46,788 nt of DNA from Spirulina sp. (GCA_044070495.1 JBIPSI010000038.1:1-46788); one strand, 5' to 3'. Counted from the stretch's first letter, positions 10,059 to 19,864 are shown. Made by a program: numbers and translations. The notes: generated from the sequence alone by a model not told the origin.

Positions 10059-11810
10059 CTATAGATTGACTTGGAAGAGGTCTTTGAAGAGACTTTGAAC
10101 GTTGTCGGGGTTGCCTTGTTGCACGGTGGATTCCCGCAGGCTGGCGATGGCTTGGAGTTCGCTTTGATCCACTTCACCGTAGGCAATGGGGTAGAAGCGC
10201 ACATCGCTGTAGGCCATGATGTCCTTCACGGCGTCGAACTTAAAGCCTCGGTTGACGTCGCCATCGGTGAGCAGCAGCAGGTAGAAGCGTCCGGTGGGGT
10301 CGGCGGCTTGTTTCTCCATCAGGTCGGCCAAGCCCACCATCACCCCGTCGTACATGGCCGTTGATCCATCGGCCCGCAGGCTGTCTACGGTGGCCAAAAA
10401 GCGCTGGTGCTGGATCTGATCAAAGGGGGCTAGGGGCAGGCGGCGCACGGGGTCATCGTCAAAGGTGACAATGCTGACATAGTTGCCGGGGTTGATCTGT
10501 CCGGCGGCGATGCGTAGGCCATCCTGGACGGCCTGCATTCGTGCCCCTTCCATGGATCCGCTGGTGTCGATCACCAGGGTCATATAAACCGTGCGGCCCC
10601 CGTCCTTCCGCAACTTCCAGTTCGACTGGGCCGCCAGCAGCACATCCCCCGCTGGGTTGGGGGGAAACTCCCCCGCCTTGAGGTAATCGGTTTCCACAAA
10701 GCCCTGCTGGGCGGCGAGGGCCTGCATGTCGGGCGACAGGGCAAAGGTCGAAAACCGTTCTAGGGCGGCTTGCTGCTGGGGCGTATTCCAGCCAAAGCCC
10801 ACCAGGGGGTTGTTGTGGGGGATGCCAAAGGGCACAAATTCGGTGTTTTCAAACCCTGGCACCTGGCGCAGGGCAAGGTAGTTTTGGTACTCCAGGGGGA
10901 AGGCTTGCAGCTTGGACTGATCCCGCAAAAAGAGTTCCTGGAGATCGAGGGTGGTGGGGGTGGTGATGAGCACCTGGGACTGAAACTGGTCGAACACAGA
11001 GTTGACCTGGGGGGTTTGAAGTTCCGCCACGGTTAAGGGGTTGTTGCTCTGCTGATGTCCGGCAGCTCGCCAGTAGAGGGTATAGAGCAGGTTGAGGGCG
11101 GTGGAACTGGAGTAGGGGTTGGGATAGGCCACGGTGATTTGCTCGGAGGCGATGGCGGCCAGCAGGCGATCAAAGCTGACGGTACCGTTTTCGGCAAGCT
11201 GGTCGTAAACCGCCTTGGGCAGCACCCAGCCAGCGGTGTTAGGCACCAGGCGGGGGGCCACCGGGGTCACGGGCACGCCCTCGCTTTCGATCATCGCTAC
11301 CCACAGGTCGTTGGAGGGGCTATAGCCCTGGGGTTGGGCGGTTCCAGCCCCCAGCATCCGCGCCGCCGTCCCGGAAGCCACCTGGCGCACTCCCACCTGA
11401 ATCACTTCCCCAGAGGGCAGGGTTTCCTGGCGTTGGTTAAAGGCTTCGGCCACCTCCACCAGCCAGCGCTCGTTTTGGCGGTTGACGTTGGCCTTCTCCG
11501 AGGAGCTAAAAATCTCGATATAGACCGTGTTGCCGCCACTGGGCTGCGCCCCATAGAGGGGAAACTCCTCGGTGCGGGGAATCGGCTCGGCAATTTGATC
11601 CGTGGCATAGCGGGCGGCGACCTCGTCGGACACGACCTCATCGGTGAGGTTAATTTTGGGCAGCACCGAGTTCACTAAAGCCGCCTGGGCACTTTCCGGG
11701 GAATCAATGGCGCTTCCCCCCGGAAACCCACCAGGGCCACAGTTCCACAGGAAAACAGCACAAAGACCGAGGAGAAAAGCCAGGAGAGGGCGACGACGGA
11801 GGTAACGCAT
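10059..11810 (-). CDS. Lipoprotein with solute-binding-protein-like domain and C-terminal VWA domain
   Basis: MRYLRRRP..LWNC lipoprotein-type signal, NPYSSSTALN SBP-like motif, MIDAS DTSGS, T in GSTAMYD, LLTDG. Confidence 0.88.
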   Translation of the reverse strand: MRYLRRRPLLAFLLGLCAVFLWNCGPGGFPGGSAIDSPESAQAALVNSVLPKINLTDEVVSDEVAARYATDQIAEPIPRTEEFPLYGAQPSGGNTVYIEIFSSSEKANVNRQNERWLVEVAEAFNQRQETLPSGEVIQVGVRQVASGTAARMLGAGTAQPQGYSPSNDLWVAMIESEGVPVTPVAPRLVPNTAGWVLPKAVYDQLAENGTVSFDRLLAAIASEQITVAYPNPYSSSTALNLLYTLYWRAAGHQQSNNPLTVAELQTPQVNSVFDQFQSQVLITTPTTLDLQELFLRDQSKLQAFPLEYQNYLALRQVPGFENTEFVPFGIPHNNPLVGFGWNTPQQQAALERFSTFALSPDMQALAAQQGFVETDYLKAGEFPPNPAGDVLLAAQSNWKLRKDGGRTVYMTLVIDTSGSMEGARMQAVQDGLRIAAGQINPGNYVSIVTFDDDPVRRLPLAPFDQIQHQRFLATVDSLRADGSTAMYDGVMVGLADLMEKQAADPTGRFYLLLLTDGDVNRGFKFDAVKDIMAYSDVRFYPIAYGEVDQSELQAIASLRESTVQQGNPDNVQSLFKDLFQVNL

Positions 11811-11812
11811 AG

Positions 11813-11946
11813 GACAGGTGACAGGTGACAGGTGAAGGGTGGACAGGTGAAGGGGTGACAGGTGGACAGGTGACAGGTGAAGGGGTGACAGGTGAAGGGG
11901 TGATAGGTGGACAGGTGACAGGTGAAGGGTGGACAGGTGAAGGGTG
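11813..11946. repeat. STRR-like tandem array, 18 units of 7-8 nt (ACAGGTG / GACAGGTG / AAGGGTG / AAGGGGTG)
   Basis: Counted directly; mostly 7+8 pairs giving a 15-nt period; abuts the VWA gene start. Confidence 0.92.
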
Positions 11947-12103
11947 AAAGGGAAGGGGGGCTGGGTGAGGGGTTGGGATTGGCGTAGGGTGCATAACGCC
12001 AGGGCGAGGCTGACGCCAACGCGAAGCAATGCACCGATCCAGAACAGCACCAATCAAGAACATCGCCAAGGTCAGCCACCTTCAGGATGGTTAACACCGT
12101 GTC

Positions 12104-12751
12104 CTAGGTTGGTGGCGCGTCTTCCAAAATATGTTTGTTGGCGACGATCAGGGTTTGTAGGCCCTTGGGCAAGTCTCCGGTGGGGGTGTCGTTATCGAGG
12201 CTGGCCAGGGCCACTTGGTCTTGCAACTGTTGCAGTTGGTCGTGGGTGTCTCGCAGGCGTTCCCGGCTGGCCTCAATGCGCTGCTGAGTAAGCTGGCGAT
12301 AGGTGGGAGTTTCGATCTGGGGGATCACCGCCAAGCCCTCGGCTACCTGTTTAGAAAGCGCCATCACCGTATGCAGGGCTTCCAGGAGTTCCACCTGAAG
12401 CATGGGTTCGCGGTCGTAAATGCGGTCGGCAAAACGTTGGGAGGCGGTGGCCCAGGCTAGGGATTCTTTCCAGATGGCCTGACTAGCGGTGGGCACCCGT
12501 TTGCCCAGTGGCTCAATCTGACCGAGAAACACCTCTGCTTCTAGGAGGTCGCCACTGGGTTCGGCCTCAGCCTGACGCCGACAGCCCGCCGCCCAACTGC
12601 CCACCATGGCCACCGAGATGCCGCCGCCGCCGAGAATAGCCATGGGTTTTGGCCCCGCCAACCACAGTAAGGCTCCATAGCCCAGGGCCGTACCCAGCAG
12701 TAATAGATAGGTCTGGGGCTGGTTCCAGCCGTTTAACCGTTGTGTGGCCAT
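12104..12751 (-). CDS. Membrane-anchored helical/coiled-coil protein (XpaC-like topology)
   Basis: Two N-terminal TM segments then a long helical region; first gene of the VWA module. Confidence 0.75.
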   Translation of the reverse strand: MATQRLNGWNQPQTYLLLLGTALGYGALLWLAGPKPMAILGGGGISVAMVGSWAAGCRRQAEAEPSGDLLEAEVFLGQIEPLGKRVPTASQAIWKESLAWATASQRFADRIYDREPMLQVELLEALHTVMALSKQVAEGLAVIPQIETPTYRQLTQQRIEASRERLRDTHDQLQQLQDQVALASLDNDTPTGDLPKGLQTLIVANKHILEDAPPT

Positions 12752-12826
12752 GCCGAATCTCCCTCACGTCTTGCCTAGGCGAGTCTCCCTGCCGCCGTTT
12801 ACCCTAATTTAGGGTAAGGCATGGGG

Positions 12827-13417
12827 TTAGGGTACCGTTAGGGTGCTGCCCAGGGTAACGATGGCATCCGATACCTGGGCCTCAGCCGCCGCCGTTGCCG
12901 CCACCATCAGCAAAAAGGCTTCGCTGTCCCGCTGCCGCGCAAAGATTTTGCCCGCAATCGGCTGGGGTGGAGCCGCCCCCTGGGAGAGAAGACCCGTCCA
13001 GTTAATACGCACCCCCCCGCCAGGAATGGCTTGCACGTCTCCGGTGGTGAAGCCTTCCCCTTGGCCAAAGGTTTGCTGGGTGACCTGTACCAAGTCTGCC
13101 TCCGTGGCTGGGGCAGACCCAGCGGGCAGGGGGGTAATGGCTACGGTGTAGGCCAAACTCCCGTCGGGAGCCTGGATCACGGGTGCAGATCCAGCTCGAT
13201 TGACTTGATAGCCCTCAAAAATGCCAATTTGAAAGCGTTCTTGGGGATCCTCAAAATTGCCGCTGATCATCGGTAGGGCCGGGGCCAAAGACGGCGGCGG
13301 TGCATTTTGGGCCACAGCGGCAGAGTTAGTTCCACTCCAGCGCCAGCCTAGCCCCAGGCAAAGCCCCAGGCTCAGCAGCGCCACAATCAACCAGCGATAT
13401 CGGTTTCGGTGTCCCAT
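12827..13417 (-). CDS. Exported hypothetical protein, possibly PsbP/DcrB-like fold
   Basis: Basic-hydrophobic signal peptide, FEDPQERFQIGI start and LGSTLTV end resemble that fold; fold is inference. Confidence 0.65.
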   Translation of the reverse strand: MGHRNRYRWLIVALLSLGLCLGLGWRWSGTNSAAVAQNAPPPSLAPALPMISGNFEDPQERFQIGIFEGYQVNRAGSAPVIQAPDGSLAYTVAITPLPAGSAPATEADLVQVTQQTFGQGEGFTTGDVQAIPGGGVRINWTGLLSQGAAPPQPIAGKIFARQRDSEAFLLMVAATAAAEAQVSDAIVTLGSTLTVP

Positions 13418-13665
13418 GTGTGATCTCCCAGGCTTTACCGCTAAGCATAGCAACGGAGGCCAGAACCCCTCGGTTTATGTCAAAAAATAGCGATCAACCT
13501 TAACGCACTCCCATCGGCAGAGGAACCTGAACAGCCAGGGGCAACAGCCACCCTAGGGGAAGTGCCGGGGGATAACGCCTCGTTACACCGTGGAATGGAT
13601 TGCCCAAGACTGGCGTATCTTGGTAGGCAACCGCGCCCATGCTTGTGAATCGGGGATCTGTGTTG

Positions 13666-14769
13666 ATGAAGATTCTGCTACTAGAGGATGATCCACCCAC
13701 CAGTGAACGCCTAGCGGCCACACTGTCTAGCCATCACCATGCGGTAGATGTGGCGGAGGATGGGGCGATAGGGCTGGAAATGGCGCTGCAATGGCCCTAC
13801 GATCTACTGATTGTGGATTGGTTGCTGCCGTCTATGAATGGGCTGGAGGTCTGTCGGCAACTGCGCCAGCTAGGCAACCGTACCCCCATTTTGATGCTGA
13901 CGGTGCGGGATGCCAACGCCGACATTGTGGCGGGCTTGGATGCCGGGGCCGATGATTATTTGGCCAAGTCCTCGGATTCATCGCAGTTGCTGGCCAGGGT
14001 GCGGGCCTTGCTGCGGCGCAGCCAAGTTGTGGCGGATCCGGTGCTGCGCTGGGGGGATCTCACCCTAGACCCCGCCCAGGCCCAGGTGAGGTACCAAGGC
14101 CAAGCCATCCCCTGCCGCCCCAAGGAGTATGAGCTACTGGAATTATTCCTGCGTAACCCCCATCGGTTGCTCACCCGTAGCGCCATTATTGACCATCTTT
14201 GGCCCATGGCCGATACCCCAGTGGAGGGGTCGGTCACCAACTTAATTAAAGATCTGCGGCAACGGCTGAAACGGGCGGGCATTGTCGAAAGCCCCATTGA
14301 AACCGTCTACGGCCTAGGCTATCGGCTACGGACTCCGGTGACGGATAGCGCGGATGAGGCCAATTCCTTGGCCGACTTGGAACCGGACGCATCGGGATTT
14401 AGCGCATCGGAACCTGAATTACCCGATTCAGATGCCCCCCTGCCGCCTCGGTTGGCCGACGCCCTAGGGGGAGCCACCCAGCGCTTCCAAACCGCCCTAG
14501 CCCAACGGTTGACGCTGTTAGACCAGGTGGCCGCCGCCGCCGCCACGGGCACCCTTACCCCAGAGGATCGCCAGCGGGCCTTCACCGAAGCCCATCGCCT
14601 TGCTGGGGGGTTGGGGATGTTTGGCTATGGCTCAGCCGCAGAAGCCGCCGAGGAGATTGAAGCCCTCCTCCAGGCCACCGCCGCCGAGGCCGACCTCGCC
14701 CACCTGGCCACCCAAATGCAGTGCCACCTCGCTACCCTCAAACAAGCTCTTGCTGCGGATTTATCCTAA
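13666..14769 (+). CDS. OmpR-family response regulator with C-terminal Hpt domain
   Basis: MKILLLEDD receiver, DWLLP, GADDYLAK, IETVYGLGYRL wHTH, EAHRLAGGLGMFG Hpt. Confidence 0.93.
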   Translation: MKILLLEDDPPTSERLAATLSSHHHAVDVAEDGAIGLEMALQWPYDLLIVDWLLPSMNGLEVCRQLRQLGNRTPILMLTVRDANADIVAGLDAGADDYLAKSSDSSQLLARVRALLRRSQVVADPVLRWGDLTLDPAQAQVRYQGQAIPCRPKEYELLELFLRNPHRLLTRSAIIDHLWPMADTPVEGSVTNLIKDLRQRLKRAGIVESPIETVYGLGYRLRTPVTDSADEANSLADLEPDASGFSASEPELPDSDAPLPPRLADALGGATQRFQTALAQRLTLLDQVAAAAATGTLTPEDRQRAFTEAHRLAGGLGMFGYGSAAEAAEEIEALLQATAAEADLAHLATQMQCHLATLKQALAADLS

Positions 14770-14781
14770 CCTAGGGATTCC

Positions 14782-14868
14782 GTACGGGCGCACCGCAGTG
14801 CGCCCCAACCCCAGCCCCCGGCCCCAGAACCCTCACCCCTGGCCCCTCTCCCAGGGAGGCGAGGGGAG
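14782..14868 (+). repeat. REP-like hairpin (GTAC-GGGCGCAC-CGCA-GTGCGCCC) followed by a half copy of cassette B
   Basis: 8-bp perfect stem at 14786-14805; CCCTCACCCC..CCCCTCTCCC..GAGGGGAG at 14830-14868. Confidence 0.7.
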
Positions 14869-14914
14869 TTAGAGAAAAGGCCCATCTCAGGCATCTCCGT
14901 TGATCGATGGCCCA

Positions 14915-17900
14915 ATGTCCATGAAACCGCCCCTCTCTCGTCCCCTGCGTCAATTGGCCAGCATTCCGCTGTTTTGGGTGATTACCATTCCCCTGGCGGT
15001 GTCGGCGCTGGGGTCTTTGGCGGGGGCGGGGTATTTTTCCTACCGCAACAATCAAGTGGTGGTCGAGGATTTGGGCCAAGACCTGGTGGATAAGACCCAC
15101 CAAATCATCCATCAGGAACTTGAGGATTACCTGGAGATGCCGCTGTTGATTAACCAGATCAACACCGAGGCGGTGGATCAGTATGGGGTGGATGTGGAGG
15201 AGGCCGCTGCCCTGGAGGAACTGCTGTGGGATCGGCTGCAACAGTTTGATGAGGTGACGGGGGTGATGTTTGCTAGCCCCACCGGACGGCTGCGGTTGGT
15301 GGAGCGCTTCCCCGACCAACGGCTGGTGGTGGCGGAACCGGATCAGCCCAATCGAGTGCAGGTGTACGAACTGGGGCCAGCGGGGGAACGGGGAGCCTTG
15401 GTGGAGACCGTGGATAATTTTGATGTGCGGCGAGATCGGCCCTGGTATGGGGCGGCGGTAGAACGGGGCGGCCTAGGCTGGAATCCGCTATTTCAGCAGG
15501 GCACGTCGGATCATCTTACGTTGAATGCTTCTCAGCCTGTGTACGAGGCCAGCGGCGGGTTGCTGGGGGTGTTTGCGGTACATCTGCGCCTCGATTATTT
15601 GAGTGCGGTGCTGCAATCGCTGGAAATTGGCCAGGTAGGCCATGTGCTGATCACCGATGCCAATGGAACGATCCTGGCGACCTCTACCCCTGAACCACCC
15701 TATCGTCTGGAGGGGGGTAGCTCGGTAGACAAGCGGTTTCGCAGCCTTACCCTGTCCACCAGCCAAGATCCGTTTTTGCGCGCCCTAGATCCGGTGTTGC
15801 GGCAGGAAAATCTGCTGGCACGGGCCACGGAAACGGCGGTGCCCATGGTGCAGTTTCGCTACGAAGACGAGGTGCAGTACGTCAGCGTGGCCCGATTCCA
15901 AGATGCCTACGGGCTGGATTGGCGGATTATTACCGTGGCTCCAGAGGGTTACTTTTTGGGAAATTTGGCCCAACATCAGCGGCAGGCCATGCTGCTGTGG
16001 CTGTTGGGGGTAATCAGTGCCCTGGGGTTGGGGCTAGTGGTGGCGAAGCTGTTTCTGCGGCGGCTGGGGCATTACCACTGGGCCAGTCAAGCCTTGGCGG
16101 CGGGAGATCTGAGCCAGCGCCTGCCCACCGATAGCCCGATTCGCGAACTGAATGGCTTGGCTGGGGCCTTTAACCAGATGGCCGATCAGTTGCAGCAGTC
16201 CTTTCACCGCATTCAAACCGCCCTGGATGAATCGGAGACTAAGTTCACAACCATTTTTCGTACTAGCCCGGTGCCCATGGCCATCGCCACCCTGGCCGAG
16301 GGGCGCATTCTGGAGGTCAACCACAGCTTGCTGGCGGTGTTGGGCCAATCCCAGGCCGCCATGGTGGGGCATACGGCCCTAGAACTCAACCTGTGGGCCG
16401 ACTTAGATCAGCGCCAACACTGTCGGCAGTTGCTAGGGTCAGAGGGGCGGGTGCGGGATTTCGAGGTGGAGGTGCGTACCGCCACGGGGGAGATTCTCAC
16501 GGTGCTGCTGTCGGCGGAGGTGCAGACGCTATCGGGTCAGGATCAGGTAATTCTGACCTTCCACGACATCACCGACCGCAAGCGCATGGAACTGGCCCTG
16601 AAGGAAAGCGAAGCTCGATTCCGGGAAATTTCCGAAACCTCTCCGGCCAATATCTACATTTTGGTGCAGCGTCCCGACGGCAGCGTTTACTTCGAGCACA
16701 TCAGTCGCGCCATTGAGGTCATCCACGAAATCCCGGTGGCCGATATTCTGGCCGATGCCCAGGTGCTGCTCAATCGCATCCACCCCGACGACCAGGCCGA
16801 CTACGCTGCCGCCGTGCAGCATAGCCTAGACACCCTTCAGCCCTTCCACCACGAATGGCGGGTCATGAATCCGTCTGGGGCGATTAAATGGCTTCAGGGC
16901 AGTTCTATTCCTAAGCGCCGACCGGGGGGCGAGGTGGCCTGGTACGGCGTGGTGATTGACATTACCCAGCGGCGACAGGCGGAGGCCCATCTGCGCCAAA
17001 CGGAACAATGGTTGCGCCAGTACAGCCAGATTTCCCCCACCATGATCTACACCTACGTAGAAGCGGCCACGGGAGAAAACTGGTTTGAATACCTCAGCTC
17101 CGCCCTAGAGGACATTGGCGGCATCACCGTAGAGGATGGTCTGCGGGATGCCAGTGTGGTGCGGGGGTTGATTCATCCAGCGAACCGGGAAGCCTACCTC
17201 CAGGCCGAAACAGAGAGTGAGGCTGCCCTGACCGCCTTTTCCCACCAGTGCCGCATTGTCACCCCCGCTGGCCAGGTGAAATGGGTGCATGTGCAATCGC
17301 AGCCGGAACGTCGCCGGGATGGATCGACGGCTTGGCATGGGGTGGTGGTGGACATCAGCGCCGAAAAGCAGATGGAGGAAGCCCGACTGCAAAGCGAGGC
17401 CCAGAAACGCGCCATCCTAGACGCCCTGCCCGATTTGATTGTGCGAACCCGCCGCGATGGCACTTACTTGGAAATCAAGCCCGCTACCACCTTCCCCACG
17501 GCGTTACCCCATTTTGTGGTGGGTAACAACCTGCGCCAGGTGCTCCCCCCCGATTTGCTCCCCCCTTACCTGCAAATCATGGAGCGGGCCTTTGCCACGG
17601 GCGAAACCCAATGCTACGAATACGCCATCGATGTACAGGGCGAAACTCTCTGGCAGGAGGTGCGGATGGTGCCCATGGGCCACGAGGAAATGCTGTTTGT
17701 GGTACGCAACCTCACCGACCTACACCGCATGACTAGGGCGCTTCAGGAGAGCGAAGCCCGCTTTCGACAACTGGCGGAAACCGTGGAGGAGGGCTTTTTT
17801 GTCTATGAGATTGACAGCCAGGAGTATTCCTACGTTAACCCTGCCTACTGGGGCATCCGTGGCCTAGAACCCGCCGCTGTCCCCGATAGCATGGATCAAT

Positions 17901-19297
17901 GGCTTTCCGGCATTCACCCAGAGGATCGCCCCCGCATTGATGCCGCCCTACTGCGGGAGCGTCGGGGCGAAAACTTCGACCAGGAGTATCGCTATTTCAC
18001 CTCCACAGGCCAGATGCGCTGGCTGCGATCCAAGGCGTTTCCCCTCAGGGATGACCGTGGACAGGTGACGCGCATTGTCGGCACCGTGGAAAACATTACC
18101 GAGCGTCGCCTCGCCGAAGATGCCCTGCGCCAGAGTGAGACCCGTTTTCGCCGCGCCTTTGACCACGCTCCCTACGGTATTTCCCTGGTGTCGCCCACGG
18201 GCCAGTTTGTGATGGCCAACCCTAAATACTGCGCCCTGCTGGGCTATAGCGAAGCCGAACTGCGGCAGATCACCTTTCAAGACATCACCCACCCCGACGA
18301 CTACGAAGCCGACTGGGACGCCTTTCAGCGCATGATGGCGGGGGACTCCTCAGCCTGCCAGATCGAAAAGCGCTACCTCACCAAGCAGGGGGAAACCATC
18401 CCGGTGATCATCAACGCCGCCCCGGTCTACGATACCAGTGGCCAACTGCTCTACTCGGTGGGCCATGTGCAGGATATCCGCGAACGTCTGGCCATCGACC
18501 GCATGAAGGACGAATTTATCTCCATCGTCAGCCACGAACTGCGCACCCCCATCACCTCAATCCAGGGTGCCCTGGCCCTGCTGGGGGCTGGCGTCTATAC
18601 AAACCGCCCCGAAAAGGCCAAGGCCATGCTCAACATTGCCATCAACAACAGTGAACGCCTGGTGCATTTGGTAGACGATATCCTCAGCTTCGAGCGGCTA
18701 GAATCGGGCCGAGTGCAGCTCGAACCCGAACCCTGCCAGGTGGAAGATATTTTTGCCCAAGCCATCGACAGCGTGCAAGCCCTCGCCAATCAAGCCCACA
18801 TTACCCTAGACGCCCAGCCCATCGCCGCCACCCTGCAAGCCGCCCCCGACGCCATCGTGCAAACCCTCACCAACCTACTCAGCAACGCCATCAAATTCTC
18901 AGCCCCCGGCAGCACCGTCTGGCTACGGGCCACAACTATTGACCATCTCCCCGATCACCCCCAACCCATCCCCGTAGGGGCGAGGTCTCCTCGCCCCCAC
19001 AGATCTCTCGCACCAGAGGCCAACTATGTCCTGATCACCGTCCAAGACCAAGGACGCGGCATCCCCGCCGACAAACTCGACCACATCTTCGAGCAGTTTC
19101 AGCAGGTGGATGCCTCGGATTCGCGCCAGCGGGGGGGCACTGGGTTGGGCCTTGCCATCTGCAAACGCATTGTGGAACAACACCGGGGCCACATTTGGGT
19201 CGAGAGCCAACTCGGCCAAGGCAGCACCTTTTACGTGGTGCTGCCCTTAACCCTTGCCCAAGAGGAACTACTAGGTACACACCCGTCTCAGATATAG
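14915..19297 (+). CDS. Sensor histidine kinase TM-Cache-TM-HAMP-6xPAS-HisKA-HATPase
   Basis: RPWY Cache motif, ELNGLAGAFNQMA HAMP, six PAS/PAC units, VSHELRTP, NLLSNAIKF, DQGRGI, GTGLGLAI; start ATG 14915 or 14921. Confidence 0.95.
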   Translation: MSMKPPLSRPLRQLASIPLFWVITIPLAVSALGSLAGAGYFSYRNNQVVVEDLGQDLVDKTHQIIHQELEDYLEMPLLINQINTEAVDQYGVDVEEAAALEELLWDRLQQFDEVTGVMFASPTGRLRLVERFPDQRLVVAEPDQPNRVQVYELGPAGERGALVETVDNFDVRRDRPWYGAAVERGGLGWNPLFQQGTSDHLTLNASQPVYEASGGLLGVFAVHLRLDYLSAVLQSLEIGQVGHVLITDANGTILATSTPEPPYRLEGGSSVDKRFRSLTLSTSQDPFLRALDPVLRQENLLARATETAVPMVQFRYEDEVQYVSVARFQDAYGLDWRIITVAPEGYFLGNLAQHQRQAMLLWLLGVISALGLGLVVAKLFLRRLGHYHWASQALAAGDLSQRLPTDSPIRELNGLAGAFNQMADQLQQSFHRIQTALDESETKFTTIFRTSPVPMAIATLAEGRILEVNHSLLAVLGQSQAAMVGHTALELNLWADLDQRQHCRQLLGSEGRVRDFEVEVRTATGEILTVLLSAEVQTLSGQDQVILTFHDITDRKRMELALKESEARFREISETSPANIYILVQRPDGSVYFEHISRAIEVIHEIPVADILADAQVLLNRIHPDDQADYAAAVQHSLDTLQPFHHEWRVMNPSGAIKWLQGSSIPKRRPGGEVAWYGVVIDITQRRQAEAHLRQTEQWLRQYSQISPTMIYTYVEAATGENWFEYLSSALEDIGGITVEDGLRDASVVRGLIHPANREAYLQAETESEAALTAFSHQCRIVTPAGQVKWVHVQSQPERRRDGSTAWHGVVVDISAEKQMEEARLQSEAQKRAILDALPDLIVRTRRDGTYLEIKPATTFPTALPHFVVGNNLRQVLPPDLLPPYLQIMERAFATGETQCYEYAIDVQGETLWQEVRMVPMGHEEMLFVVRNLTDLHRMTRALQESEARFRQLAETVEEGFFVYEIDSQEYSYVNPAYWGIRGLEPAAVPDSMDQWLSGIHPEDRPRIDAALLRERRGENFDQEYRYFTSTGQMRWLRSKAFPLRDDRGQVTRIVGTVENITERRLAEDALRQSETRFRRAFDHAPYGISLVSPTGQFVMANPKYCALLGYSEAELRQITFQDITHPDDYEADWDAFQRMMAGDSSACQIEKRYLTKQGETIPVIINAAPVYDTSGQLLYSVGHVQDIRERLAIDRMKDEFISIVSHELRTPITSIQGALALLGAGVYTNRPEKAKAMLNIAINNSERLVHLVDDILSFERLESGRVQLEPEPCQVEDIFAQAIDSVQALANQAHITLDAQPIAATLQAAPDAIVQTLTNLLSNAIKFSAPGSTVWLRATTIDHLPDHPQPIPVGARSPRPHRSLAPEANYVLITVQDQGRGIPADKLDHIFEQFQQVDASDSRQRGGTGLGLAICKRIVEQHRGHIWVESQLGQGSTFYVVLPLTLAQEELLGTHPSQI
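18974..18996 (+). repeat. GTAG-class REP inside the kinase coding sequence
   Basis: GTAG-GGGCGAGG-TCT-CCTCGCCC, perfect 8-bp stem, translated as VGARSPRP. Confidence 0.75.
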
Positions 19298-19388
19298 ACC
19301 ATGCTCTGGAAAGATCCCCCCAGCCCCCTTGCAAAGGGGGACTTTGACTCCGATTCCCCCTTTGCAAGGGGGATTTAGGGGGATCCCC
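19268..19388 (-). mobile_element. Partial MITE family A overlapping the kinase 3' end
   Basis: End CTACTAGGTACACAC at 19268 and double-hairpin core at 19312-19388; second end missing. Confidence 0.75.
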
Positions 19389-19416
19389 AGAATATTGCTA
19401 ACAGAGGAGAAAACCC

Positions 19417-19800
19417 ATGCCTAAACGCCTGCTGATTGTGGACGACGAAGACGACATTCGCACCATTGTGCAAGCGGCCCTAGAGGAACTGGCGGGTTGG
19501 CAGGTGTTAGAAGCAGCCTCAGGTGAAGCGGGTTTGGATCTGGCCACCACGGCACAACCCGACGCCATTTTGCTGGACATTTCCATGCCCGATATGGACG
19601 GCTTCGACCTCTTTGCCCAGCTTCAGCAAAACCCCGACACCCAGGCGATCCCGGTGATTGTGCTGACCTCCAAGGTGCTGGCGCGGGATCGATCTCGCTT
19701 TGCCGCCCTGCCCCTAGCTGGAGTCATTACCAAACCCTTCAATCCCCTCAGCCTCGCCGCCCAAGTGGCCGATTACCTGGGCTGGGAGGTTTCGTCGTAG
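19417..19800 (+). CDS. Single-domain CheY-like response regulator
   Basis: LLIVDDEDD, LLDISMPDMDG, ITKPF; GAGGAG RBS upstream. Confidence 0.95.
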   Translation: MPKRLLIVDDEDDIRTIVQAALEELAGWQVLEAASGEAGLDLATTAQPDAILLDISMPDMDGFDLFAQLQQNPDTQAIPVIVLTSKVLARDRSRFAALPLAGVITKPFNPLSLAAQVADYLGWEVSS

Positions 19801-19864
19801 TTATTCGTCGTAGTTAGATTCGGTAATGTTAGCGCTGTAATTAGCGTTGGCGTTCGATTAGAAC

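Noticed and set aside
11813..11946. CRISPR array, or N-terminal HLSPL-repeat extension of the VWA protein
   Set aside because: Units are 7-8 nt with no unique spacers; a good lipoprotein signal starts at ATG 11810, so the upstream frame is probably incidental
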